Shown: one piece after another, positions 9,244 to 17,148 of the stretch
How positions within the stretch are numbered: the first letter of the stretch is position 1
How the letters are laid out: every line of letters begins with the position of its first letter
Source: Azorhizobium sp. AG788
GTDB taxonomy: Bacteria; Pseudomonadota; Alphaproteobacteria; Caulobacterales; Hyphomonadaceae
Assembly (NCBI GenBank): GCA_943371945.1
Contig: CALRWU020000001.1
Span: 1 to 26,838 of the forward strand
Direction of reading: 5' to 3'
DNA: 26,838 nucleotides
Notes under the pieces: generated by a model
The model's input: only the letters and a program-made list of their open reading frames with translations
What the model was told of the DNA's origin: nothing
Database searches by the model: none
Translations under genes and position numbers: made by a program

Positions 9244-10116
9244 TCACGCCTTTTGATACGAAGGGTTGTTCCACAGCGCGACGAGCGCCATCCGCGCGCT
9301 GGGAACACCAAGTTTCGCCATCACGGATCCGATGCTGGGCACGCGGAACGCCAACCAGAAGATCCGCTTGTTCAGACTGTCCACCAGCCGCTGTGCGCGC
9401 CTGCGGCGGACATTCTTCTTCGCCGGCGCGGCTGCGAGCGCACGTCCGCGTTCCCCGATCTCGGATTCGAACAGGTCTTCGTGCCATACAGGCATGGGTC
9501 GAAGCACGTACGGGACGATGCCGTTCTCCCAGTAGCGGTCGAGTGTCTGGTCGATCGGCATGTCGATCTGCTCGCTGCGGGCCAGCATCGCGGATGCCGC
9601 GCCGAGGCGGATCATGTAGGCGCATCCGCCTAGCACGCCAGTCCGCAGGCGGAAGATCTCGCGTTCGCCGATGCGCGCCACCGGCTCGCCGGAGCGATCG
9701 CCTTCGGTTGGATGCGAAACAGATTTCTTGCTGCTCTGCAGGCGTACGACCTGCCAGCTCGACTTCGGGAGTTTCAGCAGGTCATCGACGATCGGCTTCA
9801 GGTCGCCGACGGCCGAAATGTCGTCTTCCAGCACCAGCGCCACGTCGATCCGGTGTTCGAGCATTTTCGAGTAAATGCTGAGATGGCTGAGGTAGCAGGC
9901 GATCTCGTTGTCGCTCATTTCGCAGCCATAGACGCGCTGCGCTCGGGCGCTGCTGTAACGCGCGCGCTGCTCGGGGCGGAGATTCTTCCCGTCGACGGCC
10001 GAAATAATCGTGGCGTTGAAGCCAAGTCTTGCGACAAGACTCTTCATGTATTCGCGACGCTCCAGGGCGCGCTCCAAAGAAATCACGAAGACCTGGAAAG
10101 TGGGTTGACTGTCCAT
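9244..10116 (-). CDS. Glycosyltransferase family 25 (LPS/LOS biosynthesis)
   Basis: FVISLERA.ERR, SAVDG, EIACYLSH, ALVLEDD, AYMI...AA..ML, PID..L. Confidence 0.9.
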   Translation of the reverse strand: MDSQPTFQVFVISLERALERREYMKSLVARLGFNATIISAVDGKNLRPEQRARYSSARAQRVYGCEMSDNEIACYLSHLSIYSKMLEHRIDVALVLEDDISAVGDLKPIVDDLLKLPKSSWQVVRLQSSKKSVSHPTEGDRSGEPVARIGEREIFRLRTGVLGGCAYMIRLGAASAMLARSEQIDMPIDQTLDRYWENGIVPYVLRPMPVWHEDLFESEIGERGRALAAAPAKKNVRRRRAQRLVDSLNKRIFWLAFRVPSIGSVMAKLGVPSARMALVALWNNPSYQKA

Positions 10117-10198
10117 GTGCTGTCCCGGCCCTAATAGGGAGGGAGTCGCCCCCCGCAGAGCGCCTCGACGACAGGCCTGTGAGGGCCCGCAACGCTTG

Positions 10199-10213
10199 CT
10201 AACAGGGGGTTAA
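10199..10213 (-). promoter_or_regulatory. CtrA-box-like site (TTAA-N7-TTAG on the minus strand) upstream of GT25
   Basis: Plus strand CTAA-CAGGGGG-TTAA; 7/8 match to TTAA-N7-TTAA, ~83 bp upstream of the GT25 start. GANTC (GAGTC) at 10143-10147. Confidence 0.5.
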
Positions 10214-10368
10214 TCTCACTTCAAGCTTACCTGATACAATTTGCGACAATTAGCCTGCTACCGAGCGAGGTGAATTCCCTCGCGAAAACAACCCTTGGCC
10301 GCCAGCCCGGACTTTCGCGAACCAAACTGTCGCGAATCATTTTCCAGGTGTGGCCTCCAGGGCCCGGT

Positions 10369-11016
10369 TCAGCCGGTCCGCCGGCGGTAACCAACGATCT
10401 CGTAAGGCCGCTCGGGATCATCGAACCGCTCGCGATGCGCGATCTCGAAATAGGCGCCGAGTATCTTGTCCCAGCCATGGAAGAACTTGGGGCGACCTGC
10501 CTCGCGATCTTGCTGGCTTACCTCGATGATGATCCCGTCGGGCTTCAGGCAGGTGTCGAGTACGCGACAAGCTTCGGCGCCATCCTTCTCGCGAATGTAC
10601 ATCAGCATCTCGGCGCAAAAGATGACGTCGTAGGTCCGGCCAGTCTTCAGCGAGAGCAGGTCGCTCTGCAGGTACGCTACGTTGGCGGCGCCGCCCGTCT
10701 GCTTCTCGGTCAGCGCCAGCGCCTCGCTTGCAATGTCGACCGCCGTGATGTGGGTGAACTCCGGCACGATCATCGCGGTGAACACGCCAACGCTGCACCC
10801 GACTTCCAGCGCACTGTCGGATCCTTTGCGCCACTGCTTCATCAGGTCGAACGTGCGTTCGTATTTCAGCTTCTCGTATGGCTTGGTCTGGTAGCCGAAA
10901 TAATCGCCGTGCTTGCGGTATTTGTGTTCGAATTCGTGAAGGCGATTGCCCGTCTTGAACAGGCGATCAATCGAATAGCGGATCTGGTGCCAGGCAGACG
11001 ATACCGGATTGCTCAT
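10369..11016 (-). CDS. Class I SAM-dependent methyltransferase, NodS-like
   Basis: YEKLKYERT, ALEVGCSVGVFT (SAM motif I), AVDIASEAL, YDVIFCAEMLMY; resembles the NodS pattern YE..KY...LE.GC..G..T. Confidence 0.8.
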   Translation of the reverse strand: MSNPVSSAWHQIRYSIDRLFKTGNRLHEFEHKYRKHGDYFGYQTKPYEKLKYERTFDLMKQWRKGSDSALEVGCSVGVFTAMIVPEFTHITAVDIASEALALTEKQTGGAANVAYLQSDLLSLKTGRTYDVIFCAEMLMYIREKDGAEACRVLDTCLKPDGIIIEVSQQDREAGRPKFFHGWDKILGAYFEIAHRERFDDPERPYEIVGYRRRTG

Positions 11017-11028
11017 GGTCAGCCCCGC

Positions 11029-11823
11029 TTAGCCGGCATTGTCGAAATAATGGTCGAGCCCGATATTGCCGCGGGGTTTGTATCCGCACGTTGCCAGCAG
11101 GGTCGAGACGCGCTCCACCGCTTCCGGCAGGATTTCCACCTGCAGCGCGCAGGTGTTGGCTTTCAGAAAGTCGATCATCCCGTTGATCGTTGCTTCTTCA
11201 TGCCCCTCGACATCGATCTTCACGCCCGCCGTTCCGCCGCGTACCTGCAGCAGGTCGTCCAGACGTTCCGCCTTCACCTCGACAATCTGGTCCTTCGGCA
11301 TTGCGTTGAGCAGGCCAGTCGACAGCCCGTCGATCGTATGCGCCATGCCGCGATTAGTGGCCGGTCCCTGCGCAAACCGCAGCACCGCCTGCTTGTCGCT
11401 CAGCGCCAGCGCATGCACTTCCACGCTGTCCGTCAGCCCGTTCAGCAACAGGTTCGCGTTGAGGTTGGCGAGGTGGCGCGGGATCGGCTCGAACGCCATC
11501 ACCCGACCGAATATCCCCGACTTCGCCATCAGGATCGCGTAGAAGCCGGCGTGCGATCCGATATCGAGGAACATCGGTTTCTCAGGCCCCTTCGCGATGC
11601 CCCGGCTCATCTGCTGCAGCCGGTCGATCTCGGCCTGTTCCCAGACGCCAAAGCAGAACAGGTTGCGGTCGATGATGTTGTGCTGGTCCAGCAGCCAGTA
11701 GGCGCCCAGCCGCTTTTCCACGAAATGGGGTGGTTTGAACGTCTTGGCGTACTGTTTCCACGCCGACCGCGCGAAGCGCCGCAGGGGCTCGATATGCTGG
11801 AAGGATCTGGGCGCCGCAAACAT
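11029..11823 (-). CDS. FkbM-family methyltransferase
   Basis: FLDIGSHAGFYA, AFEPIP, ALSD, RLDD, VKIDVEGHE. Confidence 0.9.
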   Translation of the reverse strand: MFAAPRSFQHIEPLRRFARSAWKQYAKTFKPPHFVEKRLGAYWLLDQHNIIDRNLFCFGVWEQAEIDRLQQMSRGIAKGPEKPMFLDIGSHAGFYAILMAKSGIFGRVMAFEPIPRHLANLNANLLLNGLTDSVEVHALALSDKQAVLRFAQGPATNRGMAHTIDGLSTGLLNAMPKDQIVEVKAERLDDLLQVRGGTAGVKIDVEGHEEATINGMIDFLKANTCALQVEILPEAVERVSTLLATCGYKPRGNIGLDHYFDNAG

Positions 11824-11902
11824 GGCGGTTCCTTAGCCTCGGCAGCCCGCCAACGCCAGCGACCAGATTGGCAGGACAGTTCGTTGTCTCTACCCTTGTG
11901 GC

Positions 11903-12520
11903 ATGACAGTCCGCCTCATCATCGTCCGCCACGGCAACACGTTCGACACGGGCGACGTCGTCACCCGGGTCGGCGGCCGCACAGACCTGCCGCTGTCCCT
12001 GTCAGGCCGTACGCAGGCTGCGGCCCTCGGCCGACACTTTGCCTCTACTCAATTTGCGTCCGCCCGCTCCGGCCCCCTCAAGCGCACACGCGAGACGGCT
12101 GCAGCCATCCTCGCCGTTCAGGCCACTCCGCCCGAGCTGACCACGGATCTATTCCTGCGCGAGATCGACTACGGCCCTGACGAGAACCGTCCCGAGGACG
12201 AAGTCGTCGCACGCATCGGACAGCCCGCGCTCGATGCCTGGGAGCGCGACTCCCTGCCGCCGCCCGGCTGGCGCGTCGATCCCGATGCGCTGATCGGCAA
12301 CTGGCAGGAGACCTTCGCCGAGCTCCGCGACCAACCGGGCGACCACCTGATCGTCACTTCAAATGGCATTGCCCGCTTCGCGCTTGCCGCCGCCGGCGTT
12401 CGCCATCACGACGCCAAGCTGAAGGACCCAAAGCTCAAGACTGGCGCCTGGGGCGTGATCGAAGTGAAAGGGCAGGACGTCAGCGTTCTCGCCTGGAACG
12501 TCCGTCCGCAGGACGCCTAA
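11903..12520 (+). CDS. Histidine phosphatase (phosphoglycerate mutase-like) family protein
   Basis: IIVRHGNT (phospho-His), SGPLKRTRETA, LREIDYG. The second-His position reads IVTSNG. Confidence 0.88.
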   Translation: MTVRLIIVRHGNTFDTGDVVTRVGGRTDLPLSLSGRTQAAALGRHFASTQFASARSGPLKRTRETAAAILAVQATPPELTTDLFLREIDYGPDENRPEDEVVARIGQPALDAWERDSLPPPGWRVDPDALIGNWQETFAELRDQPGDHLIVTSNGIARFALAAAGVRHHDAKLKDPKLKTGAWGVIEVKGQDVSVLAWNVRPQDA

Positions 12521-12532
12521 CGGCGCGCACCG

Positions 12533-12895
12533 TCAGTCGCGATCCCGGCCGCCCTTGCGAATGTCGCTCTTGGGCCTGGCGACGCCTACACGCGGCGGTG
12601 TCGGCAAGACGCCCGGCGACGTCGCGCGCCGGCTGATTTCTTTCTCGACGAGGGGCAGGGCGGCCTTGGCCGCGGGGCTCTTGGGGTGCGCGGTGTCGCG
12701 AGAGATACGTTCCGTCGACATGTGATAGGCGCGCAGCTGATAGTCCGTCATCGTCGGCAGTCGCGCCGCCAGTTCGCGATCCGGCATTGCGGCGGCCTTG
12801 GTCGCGGTCTTCGCAGCGGGCTTGGCCGCTTCAATCTCGGGCTCGTCCGCGACCGGGCTCTTCTTTGGTTTCGAGGTACGAGGGGATTTGGCCAA
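12533..12895 (-). CDS. Hypothetical basic Lys/Ala/Pro-rich protein
   Basis: ORF track gives 12533-12997. TTG at 12895 (MAKSPRTSKPKK) with AAGG upstream is the more plausible start. Helical core LPTMTDYQLRAY...LPLVEKEISRR. Confidence 0.55.
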   Translation of the reverse strand: MAKSPRTSKPKKSPVADEPEIEAAKPAAKTATKAAAMPDRELAARLPTMTDYQLRAYHMSTERISRDTAHPKSPAAKAALPLVEKEISRRATSPGVLPTPPRVGVARPKSDIRKGGRDRD

Positions 12896-13166
12896 GCGGG
12901 CAAGCCTTTCAGGCTGAAGGACATGTCGTCCCGGCAAAGACGCCGCCGAAGCCAGAAATCCGATTCGGAAGAGATCGATGAGCTGGGATAATCGCACGCC
13001 CCACCCCCCGGCACAACGCGAATAACCTGCGCGCGCTGGAGGCCTGCGACGGCCAGCCGCGCTTTTGCGGGCCCTACGTTACAGATTGCTGCGCAAGGTG
13101 ATTTGCCCCCAAAATGCGACGCAGGCATTCCTGCCGCCTCCCGAAAGTAAGCGTGAGTGCATACCC

Positions 13167-14321
13167 ATGAACTTCATCGACCTCGCCGCCCAGCGTGACC
13201 AGATCCGCCCGCAGATTGAAGCCGCGATCGCCCGCGTCCTCAACACCTGCGGCTTCATCATGGGCCCAGAGGTCACGAACTTCGAAAAATCGCTCGCGGC
13301 CTTTGCCGGCGCGAAGCACGCGCTCGCCTGCGCCAATGGAACCGACGCGCTGCTGATCCCGTTGCGCGCCTGGAATATCGGCCCGGGCGACGCTGTCTTC
13401 GTGCCCAGCTTCACCTTCGTCGCCAGCGCCGAAGTCGCCCCACTGGTTGGCGCGAGCCCTGTCTTCGTCGATGTCCTGCCCGACACCTACAACATGGACC
13501 CCGCCAGCCTCGAGGCGGCAATCGAGTCAGTGAAGAAGGACGGCAAGCTCAAGCCACGCGCCATCATCGCCGTCGACCTGTTCGGCCAGCCGGCCGACTA
13601 TCCCGCCATCTCCGCCATTGCGAAGAAACACGGCCTCAAACTCATCGCCGACCAGGCGCAGGGCTTCGGTTGCACGCTCAATGGCCGCCAGCCGCTCGAA
13701 TGGGTCGATGCTGCAACCGCCTCCTTCTTCCCTGCCAAGCCCCTGGGTTGCTATGGCGATGGCGGCGCGGTGCTGACCAACGACGACTCGCTCGCCGGTC
13801 TCGTCGACTCGATCCGCATCCACGGCAAGGCCAGCGCCGAAGACATGGCCGCGAAGAAATACGACAACGACCCGCGCTATCTCAACATGCGCATCGGCGT
13901 GAACTCCCGCCTCGATGCGATGCAGGCGGCGATCCTGTCCGAGAAGCTGAAAATCTATCCCGACGAGCTTCAGAAGCGCGATGCGATTGCGCAGCGCTAC
14001 AATGAAGGCCTCGCCAAACACGTCCGCCGTGTGCCGACCGTCATCGCCGGCGGCTTCTCCAACTGGGCGCAGTACACGATCGAGCACGACAATCGCGATG
14101 GTCTCATCGCCCACCTGAAGACCAAGGGCGTCCCCACCGCGATCTATTATCCGATCCCGATCCACATGCAGGACGTCTACGCGGTCTACCCCAAAGCGCC
14201 GAACGGCCTTCCCGTTACCGAAGACATCCGCAACCGCGTCATGTCCCTGCCGATGCACCCCTACCTGTCGCTCGCCGATCAGGAGCAGGTCATCGACGCG
14301 ATCCGCGGCTTCAACGGCTGA
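13167..14321 (+). CDS. DegT/DnrJ/EryC1/StrS PLP-dependent sugar aminotransferase (GnnB/WbpE-like)
   Basis: FIDLAAQ, ANGTDAL, PSFTFVASAE, AVDLFGQPADY, SFFPAKPLGCYGDGGA (PLP Lys), NSRLD, YYPIP, SLPMHPYL. ATG at 13167. Confidence 0.92.
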   Translation: MNFIDLAAQRDQIRPQIEAAIARVLNTCGFIMGPEVTNFEKSLAAFAGAKHALACANGTDALLIPLRAWNIGPGDAVFVPSFTFVASAEVAPLVGASPVFVDVLPDTYNMDPASLEAAIESVKKDGKLKPRAIIAVDLFGQPADYPAISAIAKKHGLKLIADQAQGFGCTLNGRQPLEWVDAATASFFPAKPLGCYGDGGAVLTNDDSLAGLVDSIRIHGKASAEDMAAKKYDNDPRYLNMRIGVNSRLDAMQAAILSEKLKIYPDELQKRDAIAQRYNEGLAKHVRRVPTVIAGGFSNWAQYTIEHDNRDGLIAHLKTKGVPTAIYYPIPIHMQDVYAVYPKAPNGLPVTEDIRNRVMSLPMHPYLSLADQEQVIDAIRGFNG

Positions 14322-14351
14322 TCGTTGTCGTCACCAACCTCGCAACGCTAA

Positions 14352-14391
14352 CCCCTCGCCCCCTTGTCGGGAGAGGGCAGGGTGAGGGGGG
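14352..14391. repeat. REP-like palindrome (CCCTCNCCC...GGGAGAGGG..GGGTGAGGG type) between convergent genes
   Basis: CCCCTCGCCCCCTTGTCGGGAGAGGGCAGGGTGAGGGGGG is an imperfect hairpin matching a widespread proteobacterial intergenic repeat. Confidence 0.7.
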
Positions 14392-14422
14392 CGGTTCAAC
14401 GTTCGGGCTGGTGGCTCGCCGC

Positions 14423-14953
14423 TCAATCGTCTTCGCTGACCCAAAATAGGAAAGACTGAGTAGAGCCCACGGCAATGATTCCGCCGTCTGTGATTGCTTG
14501 GGGCATCCGCGAAAGACAATCTTGCTGCCACGAATAGTGATGATCGCGTCCGCGTCTGAGTCGCACAGTGCTTGAACGGACGATCTCAGGCAGGCCTCTA
14601 CCAACTGAGAGCGTCCACGATCCGTTGGAGTAGAAGCGAGCGTCAGGGCCGAGGGCGTCAAACCCAGCCATGATTGTTGTCTGCAGATCGTCACGTTCTA
14701 ACGCTTCAATGCCATGGCACAGCGAAATGCGGGCGAACAAGCTTAGCCAGACCTCCGCATCTGCGCGTTCGATATTGACCAGCTCCGCAGCGTTGGGCGC
14801 TCCAACGCCGATCCTTGCGGCTATCTCTATCTCAGGTGCGTCGACGCAATCTGGGGTGGGCCCAGCCCACACGTACATATCCGCATTGCCATCGAATTCT
14901 TGCGCAGGTCTAAGGGCGCGGAGAACGTCTACAAGAGTTGTAAGAGCGCACAT
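14423..14953 (-). CDS. Hypothetical protein, lower GC, ending ...TDGGIIAV....FLFWVSEDD
   Basis: 176-aa ORF starting 20 nt after the GST stop. Hand count 33/60 GC at 14461-14520, with many A/T-ending codons. Confidence 0.6.
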   Translation of the reverse strand: MCALTTLVDVLRALRPAQEFDGNADMYVWAGPTPDCVDAPEIEIAARIGVGAPNAAELVNIERADAEVWLSLFARISLCHGIEALERDDLQTTIMAGFDALGPDARFYSNGSWTLSVGRGLPEIVRSSTVRLRRGRDHHYSWQQDCLSRMPQAITDGGIIAVGSTQSFLFWVSEDD

Positions 14954-14973
14954 GAACCTGCCGTGTAGTGAGC

Positions 14974-15897
14974 TTAAGCGCTCATCACCCTGAACCCCGC
15001 GCGCGGCACATGCACCACCACCTCGCCCACCTCCGGCGCCTCGCGACGGATCGCAATCTCGTGCGCGTTGGCGAACACCAGCGTGCCTGCGAGGGGATCG
15101 CGCCCATAGTCCTCCGCCGATACCACGACGCGATCCCCCGGCTTGCGCGCATTGGGATCGTGCGGGTCAGCCGCTTCGGTTGCATCGCTGGTCGCAGCCT
15201 TCGCCACGTCCAGAGCCTCCTTCGGCGTCATGTCCGTCGACGTCCCGTGGCCGATCGCCTTCACGCGGTCGAACCATGCCTGGACGTTCGGGAATTCGCT
15301 CAGCGTCTCGGCCGCGCGATGGGGCAGGGCGTTGGCGATGAACCACGGATTCATGAAAGAATGGATGTCGGCGAGCCCAGCCTTGTCGCCGCCCCAGAAG
15401 GCGCGGCCGTCGCTTAGCTGATCCTCAAGAAACGCCGTGTGCGCCCGATAAGCATCGCGCATCATCGGCGCCGCGGCCTTCAGGGCGGCTGAATCAAAGC
15501 CGCCGCCACTCATAGCCGCGCGGTCCTTCTTGAACGCGTCAGGAACCATGTCGCCGAGTTCACCGAAGATGATCGCCACCGCCGCCTGAAAAATCTGACG
15601 ATCCGCCCAGAAGCCCAGCGCATAGCCGGCGCCCTTGTTTTGCGGCGCGAGCGATGGCGTCGGAAAGCGCCGATCGAGCTCGCGCAGGATAATCTGGCTG
15701 TCGCAATAAACATCGGCGCCGATCTGCATCACCGGGATCTTGCGATACCCGCCCGTCAGGGGGATCAGGTCGGGCTTCGGCATGATCACCGGCTGGACGA
15801 CGGAGCGCCAGCACAGGCCCTTGATGCCGAACGCCACGCGCACCTTCTCGCTGAACGGCGAGCTCGGATAATTGTGGAAGATGATCTCGTGGCTCAT
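14974..15897 (-). CDS. Glutathione S-transferase family protein
   Basis: YPSSPFSEKVR, PKPDLIPLTGGYRKIPVMQIGADVYCDSQII. GAGGAG RBS. Confidence 0.92.
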   Translation of the reverse strand: MSHEIIFHNYPSSPFSEKVRVAFGIKGLCWRSVVQPVIMPKPDLIPLTGGYRKIPVMQIGADVYCDSQIILRELDRRFPTPSLAPQNKGAGYALGFWADRQIFQAAVAIIFGELGDMVPDAFKKDRAAMSGGGFDSAALKAAAPMMRDAYRAHTAFLEDQLSDGRAFWGGDKAGLADIHSFMNPWFIANALPHRAAETLSEFPNVQAWFDRVKAIGHGTSTDMTPKEALDVAKAATSDATEAADPHDPNARKPGDRVVVSAEDYGRDPLAGTLVFANAHEIAIRREAPEVGEVVVHVPRAGFRVMSA

Positions 15898-15924
15898 CGC
15901 GCGCTCCTCAGCTGACCCTGGCTT

Positions 15925-16557
15925 TTAAGGCACGATCCCGTTCTGCTGCGTCAGCGGCGGCGTGCCCTTCTTGCCGACGGAGCGGATCTCGACAGAGCGT
16001 ACGTCCATCACGCGGTGCTTGTCGGGCGCGACGGGGCGAATGCCGACAAAGTCGTAGCCTTCCTCACGCCCGCGCTTCGGCGTGTAGAAGGTGAGGGTGT
16101 AGGGCTGGAACTCCCGCGTCAGCGTGAAGCTCTGCCATCCGCTCTCGCTTTCGGTCTTGGCGAAATAGTTCGCCTCGAACTGGCTCGCCGGAAAATCGCC
16201 CACCGAGCGCGCCTCGATCACCACCTCGATCGGCCGCGACTCCAGTGCGAACTCAAGGTCTTCCGCAAGAACCAGATGCGGCCCCAGGCGCGGGTCTTCG
16301 TACTGGGCGGTGGACTGCCGGTCGATACGCAGGAATGCCTTGCCGCCGTCGGGGTGCATCAGGTCGATATCCAAACCGGATAGCTCGCCGAGCACGAACC
16401 GGTTCAACTCGTCCCCCTGCACGGTGACGTCGAGCGCATTTCGCCCCCCGCCGCTCACCGCGCCGGTCGGCAACCGCGCCGCGAACGGATTGACCGCCAC
16501 GAAGATGAAAGTGCTGGCCAGCGCCGCCGCCAGCGGGAAGAAGAGAAAATCACGCAT
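15925..16557 (-). CDS. Conserved-looking hypothetical membrane-anchored protein with a beta-rich (possibly carbohydrate-binding-like) domain
   Basis: N-terminal hydrophobic segment (FLFFPLAAALASTFIFVAV), then beta-strand-like pattern (GWQSFTLTREFQPYTLTF; MDVRSVEI). Host-like codon usage. Confidence 0.75.
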   Translation of the reverse strand: MRDFLFFPLAAALASTFIFVAVNPFAARLPTGAVSGGGRNALDVTVQGDELNRFVLGELSGLDIDLMHPDGGKAFLRIDRQSTAQYEDPRLGPHLVLAEDLEFALESRPIEVVIEARSVGDFPASQFEANYFAKTESESGWQSFTLTREFQPYTLTFYTPKRGREEGYDFVGIRPVAPDKHRVMDVRSVEIRSVGKKGTPPLTQQNGIVP

Positions 16558-16577
16558 GCGCCTGCTTACGCTGCCGC

Positions 16578-16592
16578 TTAAGCGCCCGTAAA
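16578..16592. promoter_or_regulatory. CtrA-box-like site TTAA-N7-TAAA in a divergent intergenic region
   Basis: TTAA-GCGCCCG-TAAA; 7/8 match, between the starts at 16557 (-) and 16628 (+). Confidence 0.45.
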
Positions 16593-16627
16593 TCCTCCCA
16601 TCGCAGGGTCATTCCAACTCTTGATTC

Positions 16628-17116
16628 ATGGCCCGTTCGCGCATGCCCCCGGCAGCTTTCCAGAACCCAGACCGGCTGCGCGCAGCCAACATCAATCCTG
16701 TCACCGGGTTGGCGACCGACTATCTCAATCAATACAACGAAGTAGCCATGCTGATCGGAACGCTGGCCGACATGCCCGACATGGCCGAATGCGTGCTCGA
16801 CTGGCGCCCGGTCGGCTACCCCACCCATTTTGCCCGCACGGGATTCGCCGAGCGCGGCCTTGCCATCGCCGGCTGGCTGGTCGCCCAGCCCGATGTGAAA
16901 GCGCAATTCTGCGCCGTTCGCAACGAACTCGAATCGCGCATTGCAGCTGTTCAGCGGCGGCTCGCCTCCAGCCTGGTGCCGGAACTCATCGCCAACGAAG
17001 CCCCCGCCATTTTTGCCGACATTGCCCGCCTCGGCGGCGTCATCAACGGCGGCAAGGGCGCGCCGATGCTCCAGCAATCAGCAGCCCAGGACCTGGTGGA
17101 CTCGCTGTTCGACTGA
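16628..17116 (+). CDS. Conserved alphaproteobacterial hypothetical helical protein (NINPxTGLATDYLN motif)
   Basis: ANINPVTGLATDYLNQYNEVAML...DW.PVGY..HF..TGF. I recall the motif from alphaproteobacterial hypothetical proteins; function unknown. Confidence 0.8.
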   Translation: MARSRMPPAAFQNPDRLRAANINPVTGLATDYLNQYNEVAMLIGTLADMPDMAECVLDWRPVGYPTHFARTGFAERGLAIAGWLVAQPDVKAQFCAVRNELESRIAAVQRRLASSLVPELIANEAPAIFADIARLGGVINGGKGAPMLQQSAAQDLVDSLFD

Positions 17117-17148
17117 CCCCACCTTGGCGTTCAGTTAGGAGCGCTCCC

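Noticed and set aside
8329-9633. 434-aa plus-strand ORF
   Set aside because: Antisense to the deacetylase and GT25 genes; Arg/Ala-rich with no recognisable domain.
10227-10340. 37-aa minus-strand ORF (MIRDSLVRESPGW...) in the spacer before GT25
   Set aside because: No convincing RBS or protein features; overlaps the likely promoter region.
10270-12180. 636-aa plus-strand ORF
   Set aside because: Antisense shadow of the two in-frame methyltransferase genes; no motifs. High-GC codon bias removes stops on the opposite strand.
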